29,859 nucleotides of DNA from an uncultured Gammaproteobacteria bacterium (GTDB lineage Bacteria; Pseudomonadota; Gammaproteobacteria; UBA6002): contig CAVPKM010000002.1 of NCBI GenBank assembly GCA_963705725.1, positions 1 through 29,859 on the forward strand, read 5' to 3'. The translations under genes were made by a program, and so were the position numbers. Numbering within the stretch: the stretch's first letter is position 1; each line of letters begins with the position of its first letter. The notes under the pieces were generated by a model that did not search any database, was not told the DNA's origin, and saw nothing but the letters and a program-made list of their open reading frames with translations. Below, piece after piece: positions 1 through 9,907 of this stretch.

Positions 1-1
1 G

Positions 2-964
2 GTTTCTTATTGTGTGGATTCTCGCGAAGCCTCATGGAATTCAGTGACGGTTTACAATGGCGGAAATTCGGGTCATCGTCCACGAGTGAAAGGAGGATAT
101 TTTCCGGTACCACCGGTTGATCCCTCACAGGATATTCGTACGGCTATGTGTATGACTGCTCATGATATGGGTCTTGTCATCGAAACACATCATCATGAAG
201 TTGCTACAGCAAATCAAGTGGAAATCAATACTCGTTTTAGTACACCCTGTCTCAAAGCGGATGAAATGCAGGTATTAAAATATGTTGTCCATAATGTTGC
301 TCATGCTTATGGTAAATCTGCAACATTTATGCCAAAACCCTTAGTAGGGGATAATGGAAGTGGCATGCATTGTCACCTCTCCTTAGTGAAAGAGGGAGTC
401 AATATATTTGCAGGTGAGGGCTATGCAGGATTATCGCAAACTGCTTTGTTTTTCATCGGTGGCATCATTAAACACGCCAGATCACTCAATGCTTTTACTA
501 ATCCTACGACGAATAGTTATAAACGTCTGGTTCCAGGTTTCGAAGCACCTGTCCTTTTAGCTTATTCAGCACGAAATCGTTCTGCTGCAATTCGGATTCC
601 CTATGTCTCTCATCCAAAGGGAACCCGAATTGAGGTGCCTTTTCCAGACCCTAGTGCCAACCCATATTTGGCTTTTTCTGCTTTATTAATGGCCGGTCTT
701 GATGGAATTAAAAATAAAATCAATCCTGGGCAACCGGTAGATAAAGATCTTTATGAAATGGAAGGAAGCGCGTCATTGCCAACTGTTTGTGGTTACTTGG
801 ATGAAGCATTAATAGCGCTTGAAGATGATCACCAATATTTATTGCCAAATGAGGTGTTCACCATGGATTTGATTCAGTCTTATATCGAATTGAAAAAAAC
901 TGAAATTACCAAACTGCGAATGGCCACCCACCCATTAGAATTCGATATGTACTATAGCGTGTAA
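2..964 (+). CDS. glnA: Glutamine synthetase type I, 5'-truncated by the window edge
   Basis: Frame is open from position 2. GSI motifs [66 protein letters not shown] and the C-terminal [11 protein letters not shown]. Confidence 0.97.
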   Translation, partial: VSYCVDSREASWNSVTVYNGGNSGHRPRVKGGYFPVPPVDPSQDIRTAMCMTAHDMGLVIETHHHEVATANQVEINTRFSTPCLKADEMQVLKYVVHNVAHAYGKSATFMPKPLVGDNGSGMHCHLSLVKEGVNIFAGEGYAGLSQTALFFIGGIIKHARSLNAFTNPTTNSYKRLVPGFEAPVLLAYSARNRSAAIRIPYVSHPKGTRIEVPFPDPSANPYLAFSALLMAGLDGIKNKINPGQPVDKDLYEMEGSASLPTVCGYLDEALIALEDDHQYLLPNEVFTMDLIQSYIELKKTEITKLRMATHPLEFDMYYSV

Positions 965-970
965 GTAACG

Positions 971-2239
971 CTAGATATTCATATCAAATGTTGCCATCAG
1001 TTTTTTTTCAACCATTTGATTTTGAATCTTAAGATATTTTGGCAGACCCTTATCATAGAGTGGGTAATCTTCGCCTTGAATTAATGGAAGTAAATATTCC
1101 CGGCATTGATCGGTTATGCCAAACCCATCGTCTCGAATGAAGTTTTTTGGCATTTTCCGCTCCACATTGGCCACGTTTTCTAAGGGTACAGCATTAATCT
1201 GCCATTGATAAGGGTGGCTGGATAGGCGTTCAATCGTTAGCATGATATCCTTCTTGCCTTGTAGCGCATACCCTACTGCAGATCTGCCCAGTGCACTAGC
1301 CTGTTCAATGTCCGTTTTAGAAGCAATATGCCTGGCACAGCGCTGCATATAATCCGGCAGTGCCCAATGATTTTTGTAGTTTAATTTATCTTTAATTAAT
1401 CGTGAGAGAAAGGGCGCAACTCCCCCTAATTGAGCGTGACCAAATGCATCTTTTAAGCCGCTTTCAGCCAAAAATTTATTCTCCCGATCGCGTATCCCTT
1501 CAGAAACAATGATTACACAGTAGCCAATTTGCTTAACCATTTCATCGACACGATGGAGGAAAGTATTTTCATCAAACGGAACCTCAGGAAAGAGAATAAT
1601 GTGTGGCGGTTCATTAGGATTTTCTTGCGCGAGGCCCGCAGAAGCAGCAATCCATCCAGCATGTCTGCCCATTACCTCCATAATGAAAACCTTGGTTGAA
1701 GTGGCAGCCATTCCTGCTACATCAAGACCAGTTTCTCGAGTAGAAATTGCAATGTACTTAGCTACTGAGCCAAAACCAGGACAGGTATCGGTGTAGGGTA
1801 AATCATTATCCACCGTTTTGGGTATACCAATACAGCTCAGGGGGTAATTCATCTGCTGGCTGAGTAAGGAAACTTTATGAGCCGTGTCTTGTGAGTCGCC
1901 ACCCCCATTGTAAAAAAAGTAGCCAATATCATGGGCAGCAAACACTTCAATGAGTCTTTCATATTGTTTTCTGCTCTCTTCAATGCTTTTAAGTTTGTAG
2001 CGGCAAGTGCCGAAAATGCTGGCGGCTGGTGTGTAATATAAATTAGCTACATCATCATCACTATAATAACTCGTATCGATTAACTCCTCTTTTAATGCAC
2101 CGATGATACCATTTTGTCCAACCAGCACCTTCCCAATGCGAGTTGCATTTTCTCTTGCCGCTTGAATTACGCCGCAAGCGGAGGTGTTGATGACGGCAGT
2201 TGGGCCACCGGATTGCGCATAAAAAATATTTTTGGTCAT
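971..2239 (-). CDS. pfp: 6-phosphofructokinase, probably the pyrophosphate-dependent type
   Basis: YAQSGGPTAVIN, NGGGDS (Asp at the E. coli G104-equivalent position), PKTVDND (Lys at the 124-equivalent position) and EVMGRHAGW. The Asp/Lys pair is the established PPi-specificity signature. Confidence 0.9.
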   Translation of the reverse strand: MTKNIFYAQSGGPTAVINTSACGVIQAARENATRIGKVLVGQNGIIGALKEELIDTSYYSDDDVANLYYTPAASIFGTCRYKLKSIEESRKQYERLIEVFAAHDIGYFFYNGGGDSQDTAHKVSLLSQQMNYPLSCIGIPKTVDNDLPYTDTCPGFGSVAKYIAISTRETGLDVAGMAATSTKVFIMEVMGRHAGWIAASAGLAQENPNEPPHIILFPEVPFDENTFLHRVDEMVKQIGYCVIIVSEGIRDRENKFLAESGLKDAFGHAQLGGVAPFLSRLIKDKLNYKNHWALPDYMQRCARHIASKTDIEQASALGRSAVGYALQGKKDIMLTIERLSSHPYQWQINAVPLENVANVERKMPKNFIRDDGFGITDQCREYLLPLIQGEDYPLYDKGLPKYLKIQNQMVEKKLMATFDMNI

Positions 2240-2481
2240 TTTCTATTTCCTTGCTGAGATTTTAATCAATAGACTTTCGGTACAATCTGTCGCAATAACT
2301 TGCCAACAACAATAAGTAAGGTACAGTAATAAGTACAATTGAGAATGATGTAACGATTCAGCACAAATGCTAGAAGTCGCTAAACGTTCAGATTTTAGCC
2401 AGTACTTTAGACAAAGTAAATGAAGACCACTTAGGCGTTTATATTGTACAGTGTCATTATCACTACAAACAGGACGAAATC

Positions 2482-3837
2482 ATGACAAAAATTCATATTT
2501 TGGGTATTTGCGGGAAATTTATGGCGGGCATTGCCACTATTGCGCAACAAAAAGGATTTTGTGTCACTGGTGCAGATATTAACTTTGTAGAGCCGTATGC
2601 CAGCATGCTGCGTGCTATGGGAATTCATTTAACTCAAGGCTACGAGGCTGATTCCTTACCAGACGAGATAGATTACGTCGTGATTGGTAATGCCTTATCA
2701 CGAGGGTGCCCTGTGATTGAAAGGATTGTAGATGATAATATTCCCTATTATTCTGGACCTGGCTGGTTATTTGATCATGTTTTAAAAGAACGTTGGGTAA
2801 TCGGCGTTTCGGGTACCCATGGTAAGACGACGACAACCAGTATGGTTGCTTGGATTTTAGAAAAGGCAGGATTTAACCCCGGTTTTTTAATTGGAGGGAA
2901 TCCTCATAATTTTGAATCTTCTGCAAGATACACGGCTTCGAATTTTTTTGTGATTGAAGCGGATGAGTATGATACGGCATTTTTCGATAAACGCTCTAAA
3001 TTTATGCATTATCATCCAAGCACACTTATTTTTAATAATTTGGAATTCGATCATGCAGATATTTTTAATAATTTGGAGGAAATTAAAAAACAATTTTCTC
3101 ATTTATTAAAAATTGTGCCGGGAAGAGGGTTAATTATTGCACCAATCGGAGATCAAAATGTGACCTCTGTGCTAGCAGGAGGTTGTCACACTCCGGTAGA
3201 AACATTTGGCAATCAGGCGGCGTGGTCAGCTCGTCATCTTGTCCTCGATGGCAGTGAATTTGAGGTCTATTTCAAACAAAAGTTTGTGGGTGTCGTCAAG
3301 TGGGATTTAGTTGGTGACCACAATGTACATAACGCCTTGGCTGCGATTGCCGCAGCCCACCATGTAGGAATTACTATTGATACCTGCTTGCAGGCGCTTT
3401 GTCAATTTCAAGGAGTGCAAAGGCGGTTAGAGCTTAAAGGACAAGCAAAAGGAGTGACGGTGTATGATGATTTTGCTCATCATCCGACAGCCATCGCAAC
3501 CACAATTTCTGCATTGCGCCGTCGCGTAGGGAAAGGCAGAATTTTTGCTGTAGTAGAATTCGGTTCCAACACGATGCGATCTGGTTATCATACCGAATCA
3601 CTTCCCGCTGCTTTTGAAGAGGCGGATGCGGCAATTTTGTTACAACCCAAACTTGACTGGATTCGACCTTTACTGACGAAATTTAAACCCTCGACGGAGC
3701 TGTTTGAATGCGTCGATGAGATTGTCGATTATTTATCCAAAACCTGCATGGCAGGAGATCATGTTATTTGCATGAGTAACCTGCAGTTTGAGGATATCCA
3801 TAATAAGCTATTAGTGGCAATAAGAGACAGGTGCTGA
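2482..3837 (+). CDS. mpl: UDP-MurNAc:L-Ala-gamma-D-Glu-meso-DAP ligase (murein peptide ligase)
   Basis: IHILGICGKFM, GTHGKTTTTSM, EADEYDTAFFDKRSKF, NNLEFDHADIF, DDFAHHPTAI. Confidence 0.96.
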   Translation: MTKIHILGICGKFMAGIATIAQQKGFCVTGADINFVEPYASMLRAMGIHLTQGYEADSLPDEIDYVVIGNALSRGCPVIERIVDDNIPYYSGPGWLFDHVLKERWVIGVSGTHGKTTTTSMVAWILEKAGFNPGFLIGGNPHNFESSARYTASNFFVIEADEYDTAFFDKRSKFMHYHPSTLIFNNLEFDHADIFNNLEEIKKQFSHLLKIVPGRGLIIAPIGDQNVTSVLAGGCHTPVETFGNQAAWSARHLVLDGSEFEVYFKQKFVGVVKWDLVGDHNVHNALAAIAAAHHVGITIDTCLQALCQFQGVQRRLELKGQAKGVTVYDDFAHHPTAIATTISALRRRVGKGRIFAVVEFGSNTMRSGYHTESLPAAFEEADAAILLQPKLDWIRPLLTKFKPSTELFECVDEIVDYLSKTCMAGDHVICMSNLQFEDIHNKLLVAIRDRC

Positions 3838-3841
3838 GGTG

Positions 3842-5854
3842 CTAGTAAAGGGCGGGGGCACTAATTTGCAATATTTGCCCATTCCATTTTTGTCGAAATA
3901 ATTTTTCAGGTATTCTGCCTACCTTGATCAAGGCCAAACGCCATTCAGTCGCTTTTAGATATGGCAAAATTTTAGGAATGACATTAAAAGAATAAATGAT
4001 TTTTTCATTTGAAGTGATCTGATATTCGGTAATGCTACCAACATAAATGACATCCCAGGATTCTGAGATGTAAACATTAGAACGCCAGAGTTTAAGAATA
4101 AGTTTATGGTTGTCGATATCTTTTGACAGCATAAGCAAGGGGGCTTTATTGAGATATAAAGCAGGCAATAAGGGAGTGATGCTCATATCAGACGTGGATA
4201 ACTTCTTAATCGTTGTCTTAATTAAAGTCATTTGGGCGCTATCTTGCCAACCTTCTACTAGAAAAATTTGTTTTAATTGCGAAATATTTCCCGAATATTG
4301 AATATTCATCGGTTCATCGGGTTTCCCGAGTCGGTTAGTTCGGTAAATTGGAACGGAAGGGTCAACTTGTCCCCACCAAGTATTGGCAGTAATAATTTGT
4401 GATGGCCAATGAAGTGAGTAACGATAAAGATTAGCTCGGTAAGTATAACTAAAAAAAATACAGGCGAGAATCAAGGTAATCGCGGTAATCACAAAGGAAG
4501 TCTCAAGCGCTTCAAGCTTAATTTCACGTTTTCGATAAGAAATCGTTAATAGCGCAAGGGAGGTGCTACCTAATAAAATGCTTCCCAAGATATCGGTTAG
4601 CCAATGCGCCCCGAGATATAATCTTGATAAGGCAATGAGCGAAATAAGCGTACAGACGGCATAATATACATAATGTTTATAGCGAGGGTAGAGATTATTA
4701 GCGATGAGGTTAGCGGTAAAACCATAATACAGCAAGGCGATAAAGGTATGCCCACTTGGAAAAGAAGAAGTGGAAGAGGCGTGCAACAGTCCTGTGGGTC
4801 TTGGAAAATAAAAAAAATATTTAAAGACAACAGGAACAAAGCTGCCGATTAAAATAGCTAGTAACCAATGCCAAGCAACATAAAATTTTCTTTGCCAAAC
4901 AAACAAACAGAAAATCAATGCTGAACTCAAAATCAATACGCGGCCATCACCCAATAAAGTGAGAGCGATCATAAATTTATCAGTTTTGATGTTGCGTGTG
5001 CTACGCAAAAATTCAAAAAGTGGGCGATTAAAATCAGTCAGCCCACTATGTTCAAAGACAGAAACGGTAACAATGACAAAAAGTAAAAAGGTCACGATGG
5101 CAGTAAGGGCCAAACCCAGTTGTTTATACTCCTCAGATTTATTTTTTGTTGCAAGGAGGGTAATGATGCATTGATATTTTTTATGCTCTTCAAGATATTG
5201 CCACCATTTTTTTAGATAATATCTAACTATTAGGTTTAACTTTGCAGAAAACAGTTTAATTAACCACGCAAAAATGGCTATTGCGAGAATACTGCCGAGT
5301 AAGATGAGGCTAAATTTTGTTGCAATATTTGCTGGAAGTTGGGTCGAAAATGCACCCAGTATTATTCCAGGTAGCAGGTAGGCGAGTGCCCAAAGAAAGG
5401 CTGTGGGGATTACGGCAAGAATAAATTTTGATATAGGCATGTGTAGCAAGCCCGCAATCATAGGTATGATGCTTCGAAGTGGCCCCATAAAACGACCGAT
5501 TACAATGCTCTTTCCACCATGTTTATGAAAAAAGTTCTCTCCTGTTTCAAGCCATTGTGGATATTTTTTAAATGGCCACATGCTTCGTAGGCGTTCATTG
5601 TAAAACCAGCCCAGCCAATAACCGAGCAAATCTCCAAGAAAGGCGCCGATAGCTGCATAACCCAGTGCAGTCCAAAAAGGCAGGATGGCCGCACCAATAA
5701 GCATTCCAATTGCCGTCATGGTGACAGATCCTGGAATGATTGTGCCAATGATGACTAATGACTCTAAAAAAGCAATAAGAAAGGTGAGGGCGCCACCCCA
5801 GTTAGGATTGGTTTGCAAAAAATGGGCAAGAGATTGCGCGTACTGCTCTATCAT
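3842..5854 (-). CDS. DedA/VTT + PAP2 phosphatase + LssY-like C-terminal domain membrane protein
   Basis: N-terminal DedA motifs (ESLVIIGTIIPGS, FFHKHGGKSIVIGRFMGPLR). PAP2 motifs KYFFYFPRP, SFPSGH and SRLYLGAHWLTDI. Soluble tail (PMNIQYSG..GW) resembling Legionella LssY. Confidence 0.85.
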   Translation of the reverse strand: MIEQYAQSLAHFLQTNPNWGGALTFLIAFLESLVIIGTIIPGSVTMTAIGMLIGAAILPFWTALGYAAIGAFLGDLLGYWLGWFYNERLRSMWPFKKYPQWLETGENFFHKHGGKSIVIGRFMGPLRSIIPMIAGLLHMPISKFILAVIPTAFLWALAYLLPGIILGAFSTQLPANIATKFSLILLGSILAIAIFAWLIKLFSAKLNLIVRYYLKKWWQYLEEHKKYQCIITLLATKNKSEEYKQLGLALTAIVTFLLFVIVTVSVFEHSGLTDFNRPLFEFLRSTRNIKTDKFMIALTLLGDGRVLILSSALIFCLFVWQRKFYVAWHWLLAILIGSFVPVVFKYFFYFPRPTGLLHASSTSSFPSGHTFIALLYYGFTANLIANNLYPRYKHYVYYAVCTLISLIALSRLYLGAHWLTDILGSILLGSTSLALLTISYRKREIKLEALETSFVITAITLILACIFFSYTYRANLYRYSLHWPSQIITANTWWGQVDPSVPIYRTNRLGKPDEPMNIQYSGNISQLKQIFLVEGWQDSAQMTLIKTTIKKLSTSDMSITPLLPALYLNKAPLLMLSKDIDNHKLILKLWRSNVYISESWDVIYVGSITEYQITSNEKIIYSFNVIPKILPYLKATEWRLALIKVGRIPEKLFRQKWNGQILQISAPALY

Positions 5855-5857
5855 GAG

Positions 5858-6817
5858 TTAAGCTACAACTTCTCCAGCCGCCTGGCGGTCTGCATGATAG
5901 GATGAGCGTACTAAAGGTCCGCTGGCAACATGGGTGAATCCCATTTTTTTTGCCGCTTCACCTAGATGGTTAAATTCATCGGGATGAACATATCGCATAA
6001 CAGGACTATGATACCTCGTGGGTTGTAAGTACTGACCTAATGTTAACATATCAACATGATGTCGACGCAAATCCTCCAATACGCATAGAATTTCGTCATT
6101 TGTTTCTCCCAAACCCAGCATTAAACCAGATTTTGTAGGAATTTGAGGAAATAATTCTTTAAATTCTTTAAGTAATTTTAAGGACCAAGCATAATCTGAT
6201 CCCGGCCGCACTTGTTTATATAACCTTGGAACTGTCTCTGTATTATGATTAAAAACATCTGGAGCGGCTTTTGAAAGCTCTGTTAAGGCGCGTTCCATAC
6301 GTCCTCGAAAATCTGGCACTAAAATTTCTATTTTGATTGGAGAGACAAGGGTTCGAATTTTTTCAATACAATTAACAAAGTGTGCAGCGCCACCATCTCG
6401 TAAATCATCGCGATCCACAGAAGTAATCACCACATAAGTGAGGCCCATTGCCTTAATGGTTTCAGCTAAGTTACTGGGTTCATCAGGATCAAGTGGATTT
6501 GGTCTTCCATGTTGCACGTCACAAAATGTGCATCGTCTCGTGCATATTTCACCCATAATCATAAAGGTTGCTGTGCCACTGCCAAAACATTCAGGCAAGT
6601 TAGGGCAGCTTGCTTCTTCACAAACGGTTACCATGCGATTATGACGAAGTAAATTTTTTAATTCAGAAATTTTATTATGGCTGGGTATTCTAACGCGCAT
6701 CCAAGGGGGGAGGGGGGTGCGGTTCTTGGGGTCGGTAGGTTCAATCTTAATTGGAATACGAGCAAGTTTTTCTGCCGCACGTTTTTTTTTGGAACTTTCG
6801 CTCGTCATATCGGTCAT
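5858..6817 (-). CDS. lipA: Lipoyl synthase (radical SAM)
   Basis: [20 protein letters not shown] and the C-terminal RSSYHA. Confidence 0.98.
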   Translation of the reverse strand: MTDMTSESSKKKRAAEKLARIPIKIEPTDPKNRTPLPPWMRVRIPSHNKISELKNLLRHNRMVTVCEEASCPNLPECFGSGTATFMIMGEICTRRCTFCDVQHGRPNPLDPDEPSNLAETIKAMGLTYVVITSVDRDDLRDGGAAHFVNCIEKIRTLVSPIKIEILVPDFRGRMERALTELSKAAPDVFNHNTETVPRLYKQVRPGSDYAWSLKLLKEFKELFPQIPTKSGLMLGLGETNDEILCVLEDLRRHHVDMLTLGQYLQPTRYHSPVMRYVHPDEFNHLGEAAKKMGFTHVASGPLVRSSYHADRQAAGEVVA

Positions 6818-6840
6818 AGGTTACTTCTCAAGAATGAATA

Positions 6841-7473
6841 TTAGCTTGGGAGGGCTTGATTATAACCGAAATTATTCATCAAGTTGGAAATAATTTTTAA
6901 TTCAATGTCCTCATAGCAAGCGTGTTGATTAAGATTTTTAACTTGCGTAATAGGTAAATTAATAAAGCCACAAGGATTAATTCGACTGAAGGGAGTAAGA
7001 TCCATATCGATATTGAAGGCAATGCCGTGATAAGTACAACCTTTTTTCACCCGTAATCCAATCGAACAAATTTTAGCCTGATCTACATAAACGCCCGGTG
7101 CATCACATCTTGTTGTTGCCATAATGCTAAAATCTGAAAGGAGGCTGATGACCGTGTGTTCTAATTTGGAAACCAGTTGCCTGATGCTGAGTTGTAATCG
7201 TCTTAAATCGAAAAGTACATACATCACGAGCTGCCCCGGTCCGTGATAAGTCACTTGGCCCCCTCGATCAGTTTCTATAACAGGAATATCAGCTGGGCAT
7301 AGAATATGCTCTGATTTTCCAGCCTGTCCCTGAGTAAATACAGGGGGGTGTTGCAACAGCCAAACCTCATCTACCGTCTCTAGTTGACGATTTTGGGTAA
7401 AGGATCGCATGGCTTCCCATGTGACGAGATAATCCTGAATACCCAATTTTCGGACGATTAAAGGTAGATGCAT
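6841..7473 (-). CDS. lipB: Octanoyltransferase
   Basis: HPPVFTQG, DRGGQVTYHGPGQ, KICSIGLRV, HGIAFN, INPCG. Confidence 0.97.
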   Translation of the reverse strand: MHLPLIVRKLGIQDYLVTWEAMRSFTQNRQLETVDEVWLLQHPPVFTQGQAGKSEHILCPADIPVIETDRGGQVTYHGPGQLVMYVLFDLRRLQLSIRQLVSKLEHTVISLLSDFSIMATTRCDAPGVYVDQAKICSIGLRVKKGCTYHGIAFNIDMDLTPFSRINPCGFINLPITQVKNLNQHACYEDIELKIISNLMNNFGYNQALPS

Positions 7474-7477
7474 CTCG

Positions 7478-7747
7478 CTATAAAACCATCAGGACCAGTT
7501 CATCAGCAGATAACTCTCGGTAGAGGGCATCTAATTGCTGTTGATTTTTGGCAGGAATGGTTGCGGTAATGGACATGTAAGTTCCCTTCTTGCTGTATCT
7601 AATTTTAATTGCCGCTTCCCCTAAATCTGGGGAGTGTTTGCGAAAGATTGATAGTATTCTTGCTTCAAAATGAAGATTGGCCTTCCCCATGACTTTTATT
7701 GGAAAATCACATGGAAATTCAATATTTGTATCACGATTTTCATGCAT
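7478..7747 (-). CDS. ybeD: YbeD/DUF493 family protein
   Basis: IEFPCDFPIKVMG, SKKGTYMSIT and a C-terminal MVL, in the conserved position between dacA and lipB. Confidence 0.92.
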   Translation of the reverse strand: MHENRDTNIEFPCDFPIKVMGKANLHFEARILSIFRKHSPDLGEAAIKIRYSKKGTYMSITATIPAKNQQQLDALYRELSADELVLMVL

Positions 7748-7801
7748 TTTGGAACCTTAAAAAATTTTTCACCGCAAGTGACCTAAACCATTCACTTCCC
7801 G

Positions 7802-9043
7802 TTAAATAGATAAATTGACTGCTGATTGACGGTGAAGCAATTTATGAATAAATAAAGCGACATGGTCTTTTGCTCGTGAAAATATACCGGCTTTAGGATC
7901 TTGTTCTAAAGCAACGATTGGCTGTGATAAGTAGTCTTTATTGTTTAATTTAAGTGTCACATTACCAATGACCTGCCCTTTTTGTATTGGGGCTTTCAGC
8001 CAATTATTAAGCGTCATGCTTACTTCCAAATTTGATAATTTCCCAATTGGTCCAGTTAAATAAAGGTCTTTACTGACGCCAACGGGAAGTGTCTTTTTCT
8101 CACCAAACCAAACCCTTGGCTGTTGTAGAGCAACATTTGCGGTTAACACTTTTTTCGATTCATAAAAGCGAAAACCATAATTCAGTAAGGCAAGGCTTGC
8201 ATCTGCCCGTGAACGCGGGGAAGAAGAACCCATCACAACAGAAATTAGTCTCATGCCATTGCGTGAAGCAGTCGAAACCAGGCAGTAACCCGCATCATTG
8301 GTAAAACCCGTTTTCATTCCTTCAATAGTCGGATCACGCCATAAAAGCACGTCGCGATTGGGTTGCTTGATGCCATTATATTGAAATTCTTTTTGCGAAT
8401 ACCAACCATAATATTCTGGAAATTGATTAGCAATGGCCCGAGTTAAAATGGCTAGATCTCGAGGGGTGGTATAATGATTTGGATTGGGCAAGCCAGTTGC
8501 ATCAGTATAATGGGTATTTTGCATGCCTAAAAGTTTTGCACTGTGATTCATCAGGTCAGTAAAAGACTCTTCTGTGCCGGCTAAATGTTCTGCCATGGCA
8601 ACACAAGCGTCATTCCCGGAAACAACAGCAATGCCCTGTATTAGCGCATTAACTGGAACCGTATCGCCGACTTTAATAAACATTTTAGAACCACCGGTTC
8701 GCCAGGCTTTTTCACTAATTGCAATAGTATCGTTCAGATGCAAACGATTTGCTTTCAAGGCAGAAGCAATTTGATACAAAGTCATTAATTTAGTAAGACT
8801 GGCAGGAGCCATCGCTGTGTCGATGTTTTTCCCTGCCATAATATAGCCGGTATTTGCATCCATTAAGATATAGCCTTTGGCATCTACGGTAGGAGGCGTA
8901 GGAATAATTGATTGGCTTACAGGATTATCCTGACCCGTTGTGGCTTTTGGGGTCTCGTTAACCGTTTCAATTGCCTGTACAGTCAAAAAACTAAATAAAC
9001 AGACTAAACAAACGAGATTTCTAGCCCAAGCAATTTTTTTCAT
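7802..9043 (-). CDS. dacA: D-alanyl-D-alanine carboxypeptidase (PBP5/6 family)
   Basis: Signal peptide MKKIAW..; PASLTK (SxxK), SGN (SxN) and KTG. Start placed at ATG 9043 after a GGAAGG RBS; the ORF track starts at 9058. Confidence 0.93.
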   Translation of the reverse strand: MKKIAWARNLVCLVCLFSFLTVQAIETVNETPKATTGQDNPVSQSIIPTPPTVDAKGYILMDANTGYIMAGKNIDTAMAPASLTKLMTLYQIASALKANRLHLNDTIAISEKAWRTGGSKMFIKVGDTVPVNALIQGIAVVSGNDACVAMAEHLAGTEESFTDLMNHSAKLLGMQNTHYTDATGLPNPNHYTTPRDLAILTRAIANQFPEYYGWYSQKEFQYNGIKQPNRDVLLWRDPTIEGMKTGFTNDAGYCLVSTASRNGMRLISVVMGSSSPRSRADASLALLNYGFRFYESKKVLTANVALQQPRVWFGEKKTLPVGVSKDLYLTGPIGKLSNLEVSMTLNNWLKAPIQKGQVIGNVTLKLNNKDYLSQPIVALEQDPKAGIFSRAKDHVALFIHKLLHRQSAVNLSI

Positions 9044-9128
9044 TATCATTCCTTCCAATTTTATAGATACAATTCAGGTATAAATATAAGGTATATTTTA
9101 TTTTCTTCAAGATTAATAAGAAGTAAAG

Positions 9129-9866
9129 ATGATGACAGGAAAAACTTTTATTTATGGTTTTCATGCTGTGACGGCTTTTTTAAAAAAACAGCCAGACCGT
9201 GTGGATTGTTTAATTGTCAATTCAGAGAGGCAAGATCCGCGCATTATTCAGTTAATTGAGTTGGCGCAAACACTTAATTTAACTGTTAAATATGAACAGC
9301 GTAAAGCGATGACAAAAATGGTGGACACTGAGCAGCACCAAGGAGTCATTGCCTGGGTCTTACTTGAGACTTTCTCCGATTGCCTCGAAGACTATGTCCA
9401 AACCCTCCCTTCCCCGTTCTTGCTCGTGCTAGATGGCGTACAGGATCCACATAATTTAGGTGCTTGCCTTCGAACTGCAAATGCAGCTGGTGTTGATGCA
9501 GTAATTGCACCCAAGGATCGTGCGGCAGGGATTACCCCAGTGGTGACTAAGGTGGCGTCGGGTGCCTTGTTGTATACCCCTTTTTTTCAGGTAACCAATC
9601 TTGCTCGTACATTAAATTTTCTTAAGCAATGTGGCGTTTGGTTATATGGCGCAAGCGAACAGGCAAAGAGTGATTATACACAAGTTGATATGCGCGGCAG
9701 TGTTGCCATTATTATGGGATCAGAAGGCCAGGGATTGCGTCGATTAACAAAAGAACATTGCGATTATTTAATCAAGATACCAATGCACGGAACCGTTTCC
9801 AGTTTGAATGTTTCAGTAGCCACAGGAATTTGCTTATTCGAAGTCCTCAGACAAAGGTCGGTTTAA
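9129..9866 (+). CDS. rlmB: 23S rRNA G2251 2'-O-methyltransferase
   Basis: IYGFHAV, HQGV, LDGVQDPHNLGACLR, MGSEGQGLRRL, SLNVSVA (SPOUT motifs). Confidence 0.96.
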   Translation: MMTGKTFIYGFHAVTAFLKKQPDRVDCLIVNSERQDPRIIQLIELAQTLNLTVKYEQRKAMTKMVDTEQHQGVIAWVLLETFSDCLEDYVQTLPSPFLLVLDGVQDPHNLGACLRTANAAGVDAVIAPKDRAAGITPVVTKVASGALLYTPFFQVTNLARTLNFLKQCGVWLYGASEQAKSDYTQVDMRGSVAIIMGSEGQGLRRLTKEHCDYLIKIPMHGTVSSLNVSVATGICLFEVLRQRSV

Positions 9867-9871
9867 GAATT

Positions 9872-9900
9872 TTTTACCTCTCACCAGGGGAGAGGTAAAA
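9872..9900. terminator. Bidirectional intrinsic terminator between convergent rlmB and dsbD
   Basis: TTTTACCTCTC-ACCAGGG-GAGAGGTAAAA, a perfect 11-bp stem lying between the two stop codons. Confidence 0.75.
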
Positions 9901-9907
9901 TTATGAG

